From: Anthoceros angustus
Taxonomy: Eukaryota > Plantae > Anthocerotophyta
Assembly (NCBI GenBank): GCA_010909165.1
Contig: MU008169.1
Coordinates: forward strand, 434,001 to 498,000
Length of the DNA: 64,000 nucleotides
Direction: 5' to 3'
Numbering within the stretch: the stretch's first letter is position 1; each line of letters begins with the position of its first letter. Under the pieces are notes generated by a model, which had not been told where the DNA came from, ran no database searches, and saw only the letters and a program-made list of their open reading frames with translations. The translations under genes and the position numbers were made by a program. Positions 61,433 to 64,000 of this stretch are shown piece after piece.

Positions 61433-62908
61433 ATGGCGGGTGTTGCGCCCACGCCGCTGCTGGCCGAGGAGCTGGACATTGTGATCCCCACCATCCGGAA
61501 CCTGGATTTTCTGGAGATGTGGCGGCCCTTCTTCGAGCCCTACCATCTCATCATCGTGCAGGACGGGGACCCGTCCAAGGTGATTAAGGTGCCTGAGGGC
61601 TTCGACTACGAGCTTTACAACCGGAATGACATCAACCGCATCCTGGGCCCCAAGGCCTCCTGCATCTCCTTCAAGGACAGCGCCTGTCGCTGCTTCGGGT
61701 ACATGGTGTCGAGGAAGAAGTACATCTACACCATCGACGATGACTGCTTTGTAAGTTTGAGCTGCGGCGGTTTTTGTTTCCGGGGGTTGGGATTTTTGTG
61801 GGCGATCGGGGTGGCTTGGCTGAGTGGTGTGGTGTGGTGTGGTGGATCTGGCGGTTGCTGGTCAGGTGGCCAAGGATCCTTCCGGGAAGGACATCAACGC
61901 TCTGGAGCAGCACATCAAGAACCTGCTCTCCCCGTCCACCCCCTACTTCTTCAACACCTTGTATGATCCCTACAGAGAAGGTACCGACTTCGTCCGCGGC
62001 TACCCCTTCAGCCTCCGGGAAGGCACGCCCACCGCCGTCTCCCACGGCCTGTGGCTCAACATCCCCGACTACGACGCTCCCACCCAGCTGGTGAAGCCGG
62101 CGGAACGCAACAAGAGGTTCTTCATTCAGGCCCAGCGTTTTGCATGTCCGTCTTCCTGTTCTGGGACTAAAGGTTCTGTGCTGGGTCCCAACTGGTTCCT
62201 GTGCTGGGTCCCAGCTGGTTCCTGTTCTGGAACTGCTTCTCATATATTCCGTTGCTGTGCTGGAACTGGAACTGGCAGGTATGTGGACGCCGTGCTCACC
62301 ATCCCCAAGGGAACCCTGTTCCCCATGTGCGGCATGAACCTGGCATTCAACCGAGACCTCATCGGCCCGGCCATGTACTTCGGGCTCATGGGCGATGGGC
62401 AGCCCATTGGGCGATACGACGACATGTGGGCTGGATGGTGTGTTAAGGTACTTACATGGGTTCTTCTGTCGATGCTCTGTCTGTGCCAGGTATGGGGTAA
62501 GCCTTCCCTTTCTCTGTTGTGACTTGGTTGTCCTCCTTCTGGTTGTTTCAGGTCATCTGCGACCATCTGGGGATCGGAGTGAAGACGGGGCTGCCTTACA
62601 TCTGGCACAGCAAGGCCAGCAATGCGTTTGTGAACCTGCAAAAGGAGTATAAGGGCATTTTCTGGCAGGAGGAGCTCATCCCCTTCTTCCAGCAAGTGCA
62701 GCTGACCAAGGACGCTGTCACTGTGGAGCAATGCTATCTGGAGCTCTCAAAGGCTGTCAAGGAAAAGCTGAGCGGCATCGACCCCTACTTCACCAAGCTG
62801 TCGGATGCCATGGTGACGTGGATCGAGTCCTGGAAGCTTCTCAACTCCCCAGACAGCAACGCCCTCTTGTCGAACGGGCCTTCCAAGACCGGCAGCAGAA
62901 ACAAGTAG
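61433..62908 (+). CDS. RGP: Reversibly glycosylated polypeptide / UDP-arabinopyranose mutase (GT75), 4 exons
   Basis: Exons 61433-61750, 61866-62116, 62279-62447 and 62552-62908. Motifs [29 protein letters not shown] (DxD), [48 protein letters not shown] and [13 protein letters not shown]. Confidence 0.97.
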
Positions 62909-64000
62909 AGCTGGCTGGTGTGGAGTACGTTTCAAGGGGCCTTGATTCCTTGAAACGTGACCAAATTTTGCAGCCCTGGTTTTTTCATCTTTCAACCAGC
63001 ATCTGCTCAAGTCTCGCTTCGTGGTGCTGTGGGCCATGTCGCCTTGCTGGTTGTCATAAGTTATTCTGTTTAGCTGTAGTGAGCTATTGCCCGAGTCCTT
63101 ACAGGACCTTCCTTGATTTAATCACTTATTTAAACTGGAAAGAAGTTTTTGAAAGTTTTGCTCCCACCAGCTAGTCGGTTAGTCTGTGTTCAGATCAGTA
63201 CCTGTCACGTTTTTGAAGACCCGCCGTTTTCAAGACGACCCGCTGCTCCTTCTTGTTTGCGGTAGGTGTCATGGAAGTCAGGACACAACTACCCCATGCG
63301 TTTTATCTGCTGCTTGGCTTGTCAGAAGACCAGTGCCGAGTGGAGGAAGACTCGAAAAGCAGAACACATGACGAGAAAGGAGTAGAAGGACTCTTTGTCT
63401 GAAGGAATCGCTTCATGTGGCTACAGCTGGAGTACAGACTGATGACACAGATGACAACGAGCATCTTCTGAGGACAGCTATAACTGATATAATTAAACAT
63501 GAACCTGTACAACAGGATGGCTTCGGGAGTCTCAGATTTCCATAGAGAAGAGTGGTAGGCGAAGTGTCGAGCAGTGTAGACGCGTAGGTCAAGAAGTTGC
63601 ACGAACAGCTCTAGAGTTTTGTTGCCATCATACAAGCCTACACAGGCTTATGAACACAATCAACTCGTGCAACCGCTATCATTCTCAGTTCTCTAAAGAT
63701 AGATCAGGAGTGCAATCCCCCCTTTCCTGAGATGGAAGCAGAAAACCATTGAGAGAACCAGAATACGCTTTACAACAGAGACTTTTTCCACAGCTTCCAC
63801 ACCATGTCCCTGTACTCTGTGCGAGTTAACCCTGGCTTCTCGTGCAACCGCTATCATTCTCAGCACTTCAAGCCCCTGCTCTCAGAGTCAGATCTGGAGT
63901 GCCCTCTCCTCTTTCCTGTCATCGTAGCGAAAAGCAATCTGAGAGAACCAGCGGCCCACGCTTTGCAACTCTCAACTGGCCTGGTTGAGTGGATTATCTG

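Noticed and set aside
7603-62908. Apparent cell-wall/secretory gene cluster (neprosin, LRR, EG16, subtilase, RGP)
   Set aside because: These are large, common families separated by a 33-kb TE block and unrelated genes; nothing in the sequence shows co-regulation.
63875-63925. miR156-like string TGACAGGAAAGAGGAGAGGGCAC on the minus strand
   Set aside because: Several mismatches and indels to miR156, no star-strand hairpin, and not conserved in the sister unit.

Overview
Plant nuclear DNA with compact genes and short GT-AG introns (~80-130 nt); the host is probably a non-seed land plant (inference only). Two gene-rich flanks enclose a ~33 kb transposon-derived block (17.6-51 kb). Left flank: a calcineurin-like metallophosphoesterase, MULE and gypsy remnants, a neprosin-family peptidase, an extracellular LRR protein, a GH16 EG16-type glucanase and a trihelix transcription factor carrying a 1-nt frameshift. 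Right flank: a scramblase/AIM25-like protein, COQ4, a subtilase and an RGP/UDP-arabinopyranose mutase. The central block holds a CRE-like non-LTR fragment, a decayed beta-class (N4-C/N6-A) DNA methyltransferase-like ORF beside a DUF7869/Sola-like transposase fragment, GCGCAC palindrome arrays, a copia gag fragment, a 1.2 kb tandem repeat, and a head-to-tail Athila/Tat-like Ty3/gypsy array with accessory ORFs followed by a microhomology-joined patchwork. The best novelty candidate is the amino-methyltransferase plus transposase module at 18.5-19.9 kb. Caveats: family assignments come from motif recognition by eye without database searches, and the repeat block is rich in small indels and template jumps that may be long-read consensus artefacts.
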